The notes under the pieces were generated by a model. The model ran no database searches. It was not told the DNA's origin and was given only the letters and a program-made list of their open reading frames with translations. Source: Lytechinus pictus (lineage: Eukaryota). From it: a stretch of 64,000 bases of DNA. The DNA lies in assembly GCF_037042905.1 (NCBI RefSeq), contig NC_087245.1, positions 32,242,001-32,306,000 of the forward strand, written 5' to 3'. Both the position numbers and the translations under genes were made by a program. Numbering within the stretch: the stretch's first letter is position 1; each line of letters starts with the position of its first letter. This document shows, in pieces, positions 1 through 12,600 of this stretch.

Positions 1-398
1 TGTGACCTGAAACTCAAGCAGGATGTTTAGTAATATTTGATTATTTTTATGTCTTAGTTTCATGAACTAGGTCCATATACCTTCTAAGCTATGATGAAAT
101 TTCAAAAACTTAACCTTGATTAAGATTTCGATATTGATTCCCCCAACATGGTCAAAGTTCATTGATCCTAAATGACCTTTGACTTTGGTCATGAGACCTG
201 AAATTCAGGCAGGATGTTTTGAAATACTTGATTACCTTTATGCCCAAGTTTCATGAACTAGGTCAAAATATTTTTTTAATTTATGATGACATTTCAAAAA
301 CTAAACCTTGGTTAAGATTTCAATATTGACGACGCCGCCGCCTCCAACGTCGGAAAGTGGCGCCTACAGTTTCGCTCTGCCATGCAGGCGAGACAAGA
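1..398 (+). mobile_element. Helentron/HINE (DINE-1/Pearl-like) non-autonomous element, 3' part, running off the window start
   Basis: An ~190-bp core unit is repeated (1-190, 192-330) with a GACCTTTGAC motif. It is followed by a (GCC)n tract and a 3' stem-loop (tttcgctctgc...gcaggcgaga). A related copy lies at 58880-59088. Confidence 0.6.
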
Positions 399-688
399 AC
401 AAGTGACCTGGATTTATTTTGTTTGAATGTCCATGTGTGTTTTTCATTCAAATAAAGGTGCTATGAAAATAATCTAGTATTCAAATTTAAGTATCAAAAC
501 TTCATAATAGTGCATATTTATAATCAATTATTTATTGATTTATTGTGTTTGAAATAATACAATTTACAATATTTTTTACAGGGAATATTAGTTTTTTTAT
601 AAACAGAAAGCATGACATATTAAAAAAAAAAAAAAAACTGTGCATGAATGACTACTACATGCAGGATATACAATCGGTTCCTTCATAC

Positions 689-909
689 TCGGCCACGGCT
701 GCCGTTATCTGTACTTATTGAAAATGACATTGGATAAATTGAAAAATTATTGAAAAATCTTCTCATCACTTTGGCTTCATCAAATTGGAGTAATTTTGTT
801 TTTCTTTCAGCCCACATAATAGAGACTCCAGTGATGTTGTTTTGGTTTATCTGGGGTGGCTGTCTCCAGGGTTCAATACATATATTGTCTGCGGAGAAGC
901 AACAGAGCA
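689..909 (-). CDS. Candidate exon of an unidentified host gene
   Basis: On the minus strand there is a pyrimidine-rich acceptor (tctttttgttttggctcttcag) and a GTATGA donor at 688. The 221 nt are open throughout in one frame (LCCFSADNICIEPWRQPP...STDNGSRGR). The stop in the ORF track falls inside the donor. No homology recognised. Confidence 0.4.
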
Positions 910-1734
910 CTGAAGAGCCAAAACAAAAAGATTATATAGATTTAAAATTCTGCAAGTCGGTTTTGACTTGAAATATACAGCATCTTTCCAATATTATAAG
1001 CGTACATTGTGAAAGTGGAATTATAAAAAACAAGTCTATGTTCGTGGATGATGATGGTGCCCTACTTCATGTGAACCATGCCCTAATGTGAAAATTGAAT
1101 ATGGGCACTATTTATACTGCTCTTTGTTTGCAGAGAATGTGTGGCAACATATAATGTAATCTTAGAAGACTCTTCCAACCCTCGATCCCCTTCAAGGTAT
1201 CCTCCGATTGTCTTTTTGAATCCCAAATGATCGATCTTTATCAAATCAGCTCTGAAAATGATTTAAATACGAAAGGTTAACTCCACATTAAGCCAAAGGT
1301 TATAGCTTCCCCCAAAATCTTTGTCCCCCATTGGGTATTGTGCTTGCGCTGAATTGTGGCAATACCGCAAAAAACACCGCCAGGGAAGATGAAATTGATC
1401 GATTCGGAATTGACATTTGGGGTATGAATTTGAATGTTGATGAATACTGAAGAACGCTATGAAAATGGCCTGGGAATTTTTTTTTAACCCAACAAAGATA
1501 GAGGAGGCAGATTTTATTCATTTCTCTCAAATTTCCTGCACAAACTGCTACTGGCAGCTCTCCCTTTTTTTACATTATTATACTTGCTTTCAAATGCAGC
1601 CTGATTTCTTTTGTAGCCTTTTCTTTTATTGCCTTATGTATATAGCTCTCATATCAAACTGAAAATAGTAGTTTTGAGAAAATCCACAGTAGAGTTTACT
1701 GGACGTGGTGTGGTGGCTCAGTGGTCCTACCAAT

Positions 1735-2456
1735 TTTCCCCGGATTAAGTTTAGCTCATTTCGGTTTCAGACTACATTCTATCAAAGTGGGCTATAACTA
1801 GGGCTGTTATCGATAACGTTTTTATCGATAGTCCTGTTGATAATCGCTTGATTTTGCCACTTTAGCGATATCGATATTAAACCTTTCTCTCTTTGTCGAT
1901 AATGCCCGCTATTATGTAGGGACACAGTGATTTTATATGTTGATCATGTTTAAATTTCCTGCTTTCATTAGCACAGCTTTAGTGCGCAGTTTGACTCATA
2001 TCACAAGGTCAATTATATGGCACCTGCTTGTGGAGGTTTCCACTGCGAGAGCAAATTTAAAGATGTTTTAAAACTCAATCGTGTTCATTGTGGCACCCGC
2101 GATGCTGAGGGTCATAAAATTTCAGATGATCGCATGTACAAACGTTTAAATTTTCCTCCAAATCATGATTTGAAAGACGTTTACTTTTACGACTGGGAAT
2201 GGAGGACATTGAACACACCCTTTGTTTCTCATAATATCCATGTTTTGTAATCACATTTTCAATCATGATTTATGTTTCCGTTTCAAATTGGAAACCAACA
2301 TTGAACACACCCTAGGAGCTATAGTCTGAAACCAAACTGGGCAAAGGATAAGCAGGGCTGAACACTAGCCAATCACACAAGTCGAAAGTTCACATTGGAT
2401 GCACGTTGTGTGCCAAAATCATCAATATTCATGAGCTGTGGGATAATCCGGGGTAA
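1735..2456. mobile_element. Nested decayed MITEs
   Basis: Outer inverted repeat at 1735-1747/2444-2456 and inner inverted repeat at 1754-1774/2322-2342. A hAT-like TAGGGCTG end at about 1799 lies inside. Confidence 0.5.
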
Positions 2457-4551
2457 GGCATTAAACCTGGCTAAGAACATAGTGAGGGGTTAAGAAAGAC
2501 AGTCTACCCACCCCCCTTAGAAAGATATTATGGGCTTAAAGATAGTCCAAGGTCAAGAAAATGAAGTCTGAAAAGGCATTATAATTGTCCCGGCTAATAT
2601 GGGTAGAAACTTGGCAAACTGAATACGTCTATATCTATTTCCATTGCAGAGGAAGTGTGCACTGAAGATCGTATTATCATTGAGAAGAGGGTCTGTCTTT
2701 ATACAATCGATTTGGATTGTAATGTTAACTTGATAAGTTCCATTCTATCCTTCCTTTTTCTCATTTGTGCATCCTGTTTTACATATATGTTCAGGAAACT
2801 GGATCAAGAAAAGCACATAGTATACTCATGAACATTCAAGGTTAAATACTTTAACAGGATTCCACTTGCAACAAACTTTTTGGAAAGTCACTAAAAGAAA
2901 TCACTTGAATTTGAATTAACTGTGATTTATGTCTTATCTGAATTAGGAAAAAATTGTTATATTCAATTTCAAATACAGATATTTTAAGTGCATGTATGTG
3001 TTTTTCAAAGTAAACCCAAACAGACCAGATGTCCTTTACTGGTCAAGTCCACCTGAACAAAACATTTAGAAAATCCAACAAGTATAACCTAACACTGAAA
3101 TTGTTAAAGTATTCAGACAAGATTTTTAAAAATTCATAACATTTTCAGGTTCTGCTAATTTGCACAAAGCAGTGATATTAACACATCATTGATGTAGGCC
3201 TACATTGGGTGATTTCAAGCTCGGTGTTGGTATTGGTGTTGAGAGCTGGGTTCAGAGGAGCAATAACAATCGCACTATCGATAGCCTATAGATGACGTCA
3301 TGCCTCCACGCTGTGCTGCAAGATCATCTCAACTTTACACAAGAACTTCTCGACGACGAAAGTGGAATCAGGGAAAAATTACAGTAAAATCTCTTCGTTC
3401 AGAATGCAAATGCTAAAATCACTTCACATTATTACAATGTCTCATAAAGAGGTTTCCCAAGGAAACATTAATTTGCATAACACCTTAGAAAACAGGCCTG
3501 ATGTTCCTATATAACAAAGACCAACAGCATCAATGAATATGACTCTGTACACAGTTATTCAAATTCATGTTCTTTTTTTCCTATTCGGTATTCATTTTAA
3601 CCACTTTATTAAGTAATATCAAATTTAATTTTTTTTTTCCTTGAGGAAGAAGGAACATGATATTCCTTTCAACCCGTTAATATCTAAACATCAATACTTA
3701 TAATGATACTTGTTGCAACATCTGGCAAGCTTTCAAGATACCATGACTCTTTATGCATGAAATTTTGAATATATTAATATCATGTACATGAAGCTATTGT
3801 TAAATTTACTAATCAACTTGCTATCATCAATCAGTAAATGCATTGGCTATACAAAAACCCATCAGTATTCATCACCATGAATATTAAGCTACTGGTCCTT
3901 AGAAAATGACTTTATATCTACTTTGTGACAAAGATTAAATCATTCAAAGTCCAAAGGAAAATAATGGAAGCAAGAAGAACTGGGTCTCAATTCAGAAATG
4001 AGATGAATTCAATACCTTCATGAATGTCCACTGCAAACGTGGGCTCCACTAAATTCCATTTCCCCCTTCTTCACTCGATCAAGGGGAAAATGCATAAAAG
4101 GGGCGAAAGGCGGTTTATCACGTACCGCGTATCCTGCCTTCAAAATGGCATCTTTTTAGGAGCTGGCAGCATCTTGACTCTCCTCCCCCACTCACACATT
4201 ATCTGATGATGGTTCAAATTTAGCACCGACTGACCTTTACCGGCTGCACTTTTATCCTTCCATGCAAAAAAGAACAACCGGGTTTAAGCATCCAAAATTT
4301 ATATTCCAAACATGATCCCTTGTGAGTGGGACTGGGGGAAAGAGGCGATGGTGGCAGCGGCGGCTCCAGGGCCAGGAAGTGTAGAAAGTTGGTGAATTCA
4401 CAGGAATGATAATTGAGGTAACCTCTCTTATCATAACTAGCCACTGTCAGAACCACCTGATGTTATATGCTTCTATAAACATGATTGGGTACAAGGGTAG
4501 AGATCGATCGATGAAGAAAGAAAAATACAAAGAAATTCCACCATCAGCAAT

Positions 4552-4676
4552 ACCTCGGTCACATTTGCTCTACGGCGGCCGTATGACGAGTAAAAAAAAG
4601 TTGCTGTACAAAAAAATGTTAAAACGGCCGTTTTCGACTTGCTATACGGCCGCCGCAGAGCAAATGTGACTGAGGT
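4552..4676. mobile_element. Short MITE, Harbinger-like
   Basis: ~33-bp TIRs: acctcggtcacatttgctctacggcggccgtat ... atacggccgccgcagagcaaatgtgactgaggt. Confidence 0.75.
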
Positions 4677-6453
4677 TATGTACGAGTGACCCAAATCACA
4701 AGTACTCCAATTCATTCAACTCAAAAAATTATTTTGGGGTGCTACTTACTGCCTAAATCTACAACATTGGATAAGCTTTAACATGGCAATGAATGGAGAT
4801 TTCCAGGGCTCCTTTTCCAATTTCCAGGCCTCTTTTTAACATTTTGTACCCTGTTTAATTTTTTCCCTGAATCAACTTAATCTTTTTTTGTTGAAATATT
4901 ATTTTAAAAAAGATTGAGACAATAAATGACATTCAAATCAAAAATGAATATTTTCAATTTGATGCTTTGATGCACCCTTCAATAATAAAATGCTATCTAT
5001 CAATTCTATTGTAAAATATGACAATGACTCTATTATGTTGGATGATCTCGTAAATTCCTAACATTTATCAAAATGGAAAATCACAATACCATGTCTTTGC
5101 AGCAATTTAACTCATTCAGAGAAAATCCTCAACATTCATGTTCATGCTTGCAACAATACAATTATATACTGTAGGCCTACATGTGGAGAGTGGAGCATGA
5201 AATTTAAAATGAGAATTAAATGTATGGCAGAAGTATTTGTAAGCTGATAAATCAATGTGGGATTTCATTTTCGAGGACAACTGCATTCCCGTAGAAAGTT
5301 ATCAAGCAGACAAAATGGAGAGTGAACTGCATGTGGCATACTGCTTGCAACAACAAAAAACAAAAACAATTTACAGACTTTTCCATTTGTCAAGAGGAGT
5401 TGGGAGGTCTTATGTGCAAATCCTGCTTCCGAATACTTGGCTTTTGGTTAAGAAATCAATTCTATGATGACAAATCTAAAGCATTTTAACTTGGGAGAAA
5501 ATTCAAAATCCCTGTTTTTTCATTGTTTGTTTGTTGTGTTCAAACCTCTAACATCCATAGATCAGAATACTGGTTTCAGACTGGTACAGTGGCATCAAAA
5601 TCCAGGAAGGAATATTTCTGACTTCATCCAATAAGCAGTACTATCACTACTATAACTGAAAATGATAAAAAAAGGTCCATAACTTGACTAGTTTCATATT
5701 TAAGGGGATATATGTAAAGAATTTCCCAAATCAGCCATTTATACACTCATTGCGTATTACCTTTGAGGGTATCCAGATCTAACATAGATCTTTCTCTCTA
5801 GATCTCACACACCTAAACCCTACTTCTGTTGTACCTATTCCCTTCCACTCTCTCTCTCATCCTTTTTATCTTTCTCTTCTTCTCTCTTTCTCTCAGAATA
5901 TGACAAATTTTCATTTCAACTTTCACAGTCTATAAACTAAAGTTCACCAAAGATGTGCAGAATTTTAAAAGCATATAGGGTCAATTGTTCAATGGCAAAT
6001 TTACTAAAATAGTATTTTGGCATTTGTGTCCTTTTGAAACTGCCAATTTGAGAAATACACCTTAAATGAAATATAAGGTGATCTCAAACATGCATTGATA
6101 TATTATAAGGTAGATTATTTGAAAGTACGTATATCATAAGATTGAAATCAATTATGTTGGTAAACAGAAAATGAGTTTTGGCACTCCCTACTTACTGTTG
6201 AAAATATTTGTAAAAAATCAATCTTGCAAGAGAAAACAGCAGGTATAACCTTGACAGTATAGTTCATTTTCATGAACCTTCATTCCTCTTCGCTTCTTTG
6301 CATTGGAATGCAAGCTTTCACACCCCCATTTTGACACATTACTGAGAAGAGCAAACATAATCCAACCCTGACGAACTTGATCCCAGATACCAGCTAAACA
6401 TCAACATGTCTCTTTTTTTAAACACAACAGGAACTTTTCAGCAGACTCTTATA

Positions 6454-6743
6454 GGCCCGTGTTCTGAAGTCGGGTTCAACTTAGACCATGGTCTAACTCT
6501 GTGCTAAAATTATGGGAAGCCAAACATGTCAAAATTTGGTTTACATTGTATGCTTCTAATGTTAACTGTGCTCTTTCCTGATTCTTTAATGGTAAAGACA
6601 ACTATCACACTTATTCTTCCCAGGAAGTTAATGTTTTAGGAGTCAAATGAGCTGATACATTATGTCACAACTGGCTTCCATAGTTTAACGACAACTTTAG
6701 ACAAGACTGAGTTTAAATTAAACCCAACTTCAGAATACAGGCC
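6454..6743. mobile_element. MITE of the GGCCCGTATTCTGAA family (PIF/Harbinger-like)
   Basis: TIRs ggcccgtgttctgaagtcgggtt / aacccaacttcagaatacaggcc with ata/tta flanks. Other copies at 47025-47639 and about 9867-10607. Confidence 0.8.
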
Positions 6744-6890
6744 TTACATACTCTGTCACTCTACTCTGAAGTGAAGAGTACAAGATGAAGTGCCCATTAA
6801 CAAAATACTCATGAACAAGAAACTTCAACTTTATTTGTAATCAGTGTTTCACTTTTTTTCTTCTGGGGACCATGTCATGAAGTTCAAGAA

Positions 6891-7126
6891 CACTCTAAAT
6901 TCCAAGGATTTAAAATAAATCTAGTTCGGCTGTGAATAGTAACCAGCCAAATTTTGAATTTATTTCAAATCTTAAGGATTAACTTTTAAATCTCAAAAGA
7001 TTTAAATTCATATCTCTTAGATTTATATTTAAATTAACAAGGTTTAAATAAATCTAAATCTAATATTCAACTGGTCACTATTCACAATCGATCTGGATTC
7101 ATTTCAAATCCTTAGAATTTAGAGTG
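6891..7126. mobile_element. MITE with long imperfect TIRs and CAC...GTG termini
   Basis: cactctaaattccaaggattt ... aaatccttagaatttagagtg, with the inverted match extending about 60 bp. Confidence 0.75.
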
Positions 7127-7244
7127 TACAATACCAGTATAATTATAACTGCAGTGTGATAATAATACTTATAATGATCTGTTTTCATTGTGCGCTTAAT
7201 CCGAATGACGGTTCTAGTGCATTACAGGATTATTGTCATCTAGG

Positions 7245-7415
7245 AATATGGGCTGTGCACACACTCCCTGAGGAGTACGTGAAGAAATAACCCCTTTTAC
7301 AGCTCATACTGGCAGCTAAACTGAGTGTCCTATAGCAAGAGTTTCCAGAATCAAATCCAAGCATACTACGTTGGCTTTCACATCCTACTGGGTACCTGTG
7401 TGGAGAGTGGCAAAT
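7245..7415 (-). mobile_element. Decayed SINE fragment
   Basis: Contains the ctactgggtacc...gtggagagtggcaaa core, related to the other SINEs in the window. Confidence 0.45.
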
Positions 7416-8010
7416 CCATAGTTATTGCATACCTAACATTTTTGGGTGGTTTCAAGATATTTTTTTTTTTTGCTAGGCCTATGCCAAAAAAAGTTATAAA
7501 TTTCAAGACCTTCAGCAGGTATAATTGTAATTTCACCATTTTGATACAAAAATAATGTTTTCATGGAGTTTCAATGACCACAATTGTACAATTATTAACC
7601 GTATCAGACATCTGAGCAGGGCAACTTTGAAAAATTGTTGCCTGCTTAAGACTGGGATCAAATGGCCGGTCAATAAGATTCCAATTGTTTATCCACGGGC
7701 CCAATTTATTGCCCGCTCAGGAAAGTCAATGAGAAAATGCGTGGAAATGTAGCGGGCAATAAAAGGCAGCGCTAACATCCGGGTATTCTACGCGTTTTTG
7801 TACGCGTCCTTGAACTGCGCAGTGCGATGGTAATCAAGTTGAGACAACGCTAGATACTGCGTCCCTCGGCCAGGGATGCGTCATTTCAATTACGTCACAA
7901 TGGTAAAGTTCAGAGGCCCAGTCTGCTCAACATGAGAAACTAGATTCTCATTCTAAAAATTTAAAATATCTAAATTTTAACGATTTTTGCTCTAGATGTC
8001 TGATTTGGTT

Positions 8011-8160
8011 AATAATTGCAATATTGACTGGCCTGGGAGCGAAAGGACATATATCGCCCTCACTAAATTGATATCACCCTCGTCTACGACTCGGGCGATA
8101 TAAATCTAGCTTGAGCGATATATGTTGTATCGCCCCGAGGCCAGTCAATATTGCTTTATT
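8011..8160. mobile_element. 150-bp fold-back (palindromic) element
   Basis: Arms pair imperfectly along the whole length (gcaatattgactggcct / aggccagtcaatattgc; catatatcgc / gcgatatatg) around a ccctcgtctacgactcggg centre. Confidence 0.7.
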
Positions 8161-9275
8161 ATAACTCGGGCACCTAAAATCAGGATAGGTGAGCCAAATA
8201 GTCCACAAATTGTATTAGGATAAACTGCAGCAAAGTTTTTATGCTGTCTATTAATTTGAAATGAGCAAGGTATTGACTTTCTTCTGCTTTATCAATATAT
8301 TCTATTGCTATTTTAACTTTTTTTTCTTCAATACCAGGCTTTTATTCTGTATGGTTTTTCAAATCAAAGTCTTATTTATGGTATTCAGATATGTATCTTA
8401 TATAAATAGGTGGCTGTATGCAGCACATAGACAATAAGTTTCAGTTTCAATGGCAGTGTGACTGTGGGCAAGCAGTGGGGTGTCCTTAACTCATATTATG
8501 AAGCATGGGAATGGAATTAAAATCAAGGTTGTTTTTAGCTCGAATGAATGTCTTTCACTAGCTAGTAGTTTGAAATGCATAGCTAAATCCTATGCAAGAT
8601 CCCTGTTCTATCAAATTGATTTTATAAACGTTTGCCATGTTTACATCTTCATTAGATTTAACTGGGGTATAGTTATTCCTATGATCACCCATTCTTAGGT
8701 TCTTGTTTATATCTCAATAAAGATCAAGCAAAATAAAAACATATGTTCATTTATCAGCACATAGTGGGAAATGAATATTACCAATTTCATAGGCAGGGAA
8801 TAATTTTCCTGGTATCGCATCGCAATTTGCTCCACATTTTTGAAAGATTGCTATGCATATAGCTTACTTTTACATTGAATGTATATTACTTAGTTGAGAG
8901 CTTTCTTCTTAAATGACAAAAAAATGCTATTCAATTTGTAAAGCAAAATTATTCCCTGATACGTGTTTTTCTAGAATGAATGCTACCTAATCACACTATA
9001 TTGCATGCAGATACTAGAATGCATCGTGATAAGCATTAAACCTTATAAAAAAAATCAAAAACATTAGTAAATTGTCAAAAATGATTCTCAAGGTTCTTTA
9101 TAACAAAAGAGAGATACCAAGAAATGTTCCTCAAACAATCTGCGCTAAAAGTTTTGATAATAAACCATAATTTTAAAACATATTTGAAAAGCACCTTTTG
9201 TGGCAGATTCTAGGCCAACTGAACATTATCAGCACGGCAAGGATGAAACGGTTGCGACTTGTGTGAGATGCTTAC

Positions 9276-9401
9276 GCTGATGACTGCCGACACGATATGA
9301 GATAATGTCATGGACAATACCAGAACACCATCAAGTAAATGGTTCTTGAGAAGGGCAATTAGATACGTCGAAATTGCTTAGTCTCCATTGTGAGGTTCAA
9401 C
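9276..9401 (-). other. Candidate spliced exon, probably 5' UTR or non-coding
   Basis: Acceptor ttttcccctaactttag and donor GTAAGC, 126 nt. It contains short uORFs (METKQFRRI*, MVFWYCP*). Confidence 0.45.
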
Positions 9402-9468
9402 CTAAAGTTAGGGGAAAACAATAACCTGTGAGAGGAATCTCTGCATCTGTCATCTGTCGCTCTTGCAT

Positions 9469-9772
9469 GGAGCGTTGTGGCCCGATGGATTAGTCTCCGG
9501 GCTTTGAAACAGAGGGTTGTGGGTTCAAATCCCAGCCATGGCGTAGTTTTCTTCAGCAAGAAATTTATCCACATTGTGCTGCACTCAACCCAGGTGAGGT
9601 GAATGGGTACCTGGCAAGAATTTATTCCTTGAAATGCCACCGCACTGTAAAGGCTGCGGGGCTAAAGCCAGGGTAATAATATCCAAATCATTTGGAAGCG
9701 CATAAAGACGTTATTTATAATGTGTTATGCGCTATACAAGAACTGACTATTATTATTTTTATTATTATTTAT
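9469..9772 (+). mobile_element. tRNA-derived SINE with a Nin/Deu-like core
   Basis: A-box (tggcccgatgg), B-box (ggttcaaatcc), central gaatgggtacc core and a (TAT)n tail. Reverse-strand copies at about 36025-36250, 54020-54230 and 61650-61932. Confidence 0.85.
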
Positions 9773-9866
9773 TTCCTGACATTGATGGATAGAATTTGCA
9801 ATCAAATGGTTCCAGTATCCCAATCTAACCCAAATCCTGCATTAGGGTTTTAATGCAGTTTCACTG

Positions 9867-10607
9867 ACCCGTATTCTGACGTGTGATGTGTGATTTCGCC
9901 TACACATCTATAAACTATCTGCTAGAATTATAGGAAGCTGAAAATATTTAAAATTGTACGCTTCTAATATTTTGTCAGTGTTTCTATAGGCTGACACAAA
10001 CCTTGGCTGGTCTTCAAAATGTGTTTTTAGACAATGGTGTCCAAAGTTTGAATGTTTTTTCAGGTGCTCATTACTTCCCGCTTTGAAAGAAACAACAGTT
10101 ATCTATACCAATTTAAAGCATACAATCTATCCTTTCATAATATGCAAAATTCAAATGAAGTTTTTTCAATTTGAGATAAAACACAGGTATGCAATTCATA
10201 AACTGCTAATTTTTAGGAAAAACAGGGGGTTTAGGTCACTTTGTAAAATCATGCATACCATGTACATTGTTAAATAGAGGCACAAACCATGGTTTGTGCC
10301 AGTTCGTAAAAATCATTCAATGCATAAACGCTGCATAAGCGCAACATCTAGGTCAGGTTACTGACATCTTCACGCCATTCCGGGGACTTCATTGTACAAA
10401 AGAATGGTTTAGGTTTTTCTAAAGTTTAATGGTGCAGGAAACTGTTTTAATTATCATTCCAAAACAATTATAAATACAGTGAGCACTAAGTGTGTTGTTA
10501 TACTGAATCTTAACTCTTTTAATATTTCTATCACAATTGGCTTTCCATAGTTTAAACCACAACTTTAGACCAGAATTTAAATCAAACCCGAGTTGAAAAT
10601 ATGGGCC
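9867..10607. mobile_element. GGCCCGTATTCTGAA-family MITE interrupted by another repeat
   Basis: Both ends match the 6454-6743 family. About 450 bp of unrelated sequence lies inside (about 10025-10480). Confidence 0.5.
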
Positions 10608-10930
10608 ATAATCTCTACTGTCTTGACATAAAACCTGCTTTTTTTAATTTTGCCAACTAAAGATTCAATAACATGAATCATGTTGGACTATTATTCACAT
10701 ATTCAAATCACAGATAAGGTAATGACCATTATATATCCATAACTAATTGCATTTAAAAAAATCAATGATCGTTTACAAGATGACAGGAGAACAAATTTAG
10801 CACCCTCTCATGGTAATGTCACTTACTTTTTTTTTATTTGGACAATTTTATTTTGATTTCTATACCCTACTAGTTACTCTCATTGATTTTTATTATTGTT
10901 TTTCAATGAAATCAGTTCGAATATGTTGTC

Positions 10931-11416
10931 TTAAAGGGGAGGTTCACCATGACAAGAACTTTGTTTTGAAAATAACAGAAAAAAATGATAAAAAATTATT
11001 GGTGAAGATTTGAGGAAAATCCACTAAAGATTTAAAAAGGTATTAGAATTTCAAGTTTTTGAATTGTAACGAGCAGCTGCCCCATATGTTACATAATATA
11101 AAATGCATAAATCAAATTTTTGATTGGTTCATGATGACTTATTTTCATTTTCTTTTTGGGAGGTGTAAAATCATTTATGTATTGATATAAAACAATTTTC
11201 AATTTTCTGAGAAAATGACATTTCAGTAATTTTTTACCATGTAAAACCATGTAGGAAAGCTGCTTGCATATGACATCACAAATCAAATAATTAAAATTTT
11301 AATAACTTTTCTTTATTCTTTGATGCATTTACCTCAAACCTTTGCCATTTGTTTAAAAAAAAATTCTGAGCATATTTTTACAATAAACTCTTAGTCAGGG
11401 TGAACTACCTCTTTAA
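10931..11416. mobile_element. TTAA-flanked non-autonomous DNA transposon (Kolobok/piggyBac-like)
   Basis: ttaa|aggggaggttcaccatgac ... gtcagggtgaactacctct|ttaa, with long imperfect TIRs. Confidence 0.75.
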
Positions 11417-11720
11417 AACAAAATAGTATCAGACATATCCTTGTCATCACGGCTGCCTCATTTAAGCATACCATAAAACATTGACAATATGAAGGCAAAA
11501 AAGTCCAATCAATTTCTACATTCCTTCTATTTGAAACACATTTTTTTTCATGAAGAGCAGACTCCTATTCTACTGCATTCTTTAAAATTTCTCGTAAAAA
11601 GTGTCACATGCAAGAGGATAATTTCAATGTTTCATTTGAAATTGAGGAACAGTGTGAAGTTTCCATTTGCAATTTATCTCGTTCCCACAGGGTTTCTTTC
11701 ATGAATATTTGTCACTTTAC

Positions 11721-11823
11721 CAAGGGGTATGGGGATAGCCATGGCACCAATAGGAAGATACAATCTGCATCTTGGGAGAAATAAGCTGGAAATGGATCCT
11801 GTATACCAAGTGAACATTAGAAC
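11721..11823 (-). other. Candidate spliced exon; coding status unclear
   Basis: Acceptor tttttattttaccaaaacctacag and donor GTAAAG, 103 nt. Two frames are open. Confidence 0.4.
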
Positions 11824-11892
11824 CTGTAGGTTTTGGTAAAATAAAAAGGTAAACCAACTTTTCTCATCCCCTTTCTCCCTCCCCCTCTCTTT

Positions 11893-11945
11893 CTCTATCT
11901 ATGTATGTGTATATATGCATGTATGCCCGTATGGGTGTATGTATG

Positions 11946-12014
<69 letters not shown>

Positions 12015-12170
12015 GACCGACCGACCAACCGTCTGTCCGTCCGTCCATCATCCATCCATCCATCCATCCATCCATCCATCTATCTATCTATCTTTTAGAT
12101 CTATGTATCTATCTGTCTGTCTATCTATCTATTTATCTATCTATCAATCTATCTATCTATCTGTCTATCT
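11893..12170. repeat. Compound tetranucleotide microsatellite (TATG/TATC/TGTC/GACC/TCCA)
   Basis: Directly visible in the sequence. Confidence 0.95.
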
Positions 12171-12366
12171 CTTTCCTGTTTATCCTTTTCCCCTCCCATC
12201 TTTCTATCACCTCTCTTCACCCTCTCCTCGACCCCTCTCTCTCCTCACCCCCTTCCCCTTCCTCACCCTGTTTGTCTCTATCGTCCTTTAAATGTTTGAA
12301 TCCAAGTTAATTCATTGAAAAAATCTTAACGTTACAGATTACCAATTTATAGGGAAAATGTACAAT

Positions 12367-12600
12367 GGGTGATTTCAAGTACAGTGTTGACCTATTGGTG
12401 TTGGTGTTAGGTCAATTTTTAAGAGTATAACACCAAACATAAAATGAAGATAGTCCTGAAAAGTTGCTCACTAGTTTGTGAGATGTCAATAATGTGATCT
12501 GGATCAGTTTTACAAACTCAGAATAGATTTTGGAGCTAGGGGAAGAAATCCAAATTCCAACACCAACACCAATGCCAACACCGGGGACTTGAAATCACCC
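12367..12600. mobile_element. MITE with 3-bp TSD (Harbinger-like)
   Basis: aat|gggtgatttcaagt ... acttgaaatcaccc|aat. A partial copy of the left end lies at about 3207. Confidence 0.8.

Noticed and set aside
9469..9545. tRNA gene (also 17309-17380)
   Set aside because: A and B boxes are present, but each continues into a SINE body without a clean cloverleaf or terminator.
11901..12291. ORFs of 65 and 128 aa
   Set aside because: They are translations of tetranucleotide microsatellites.
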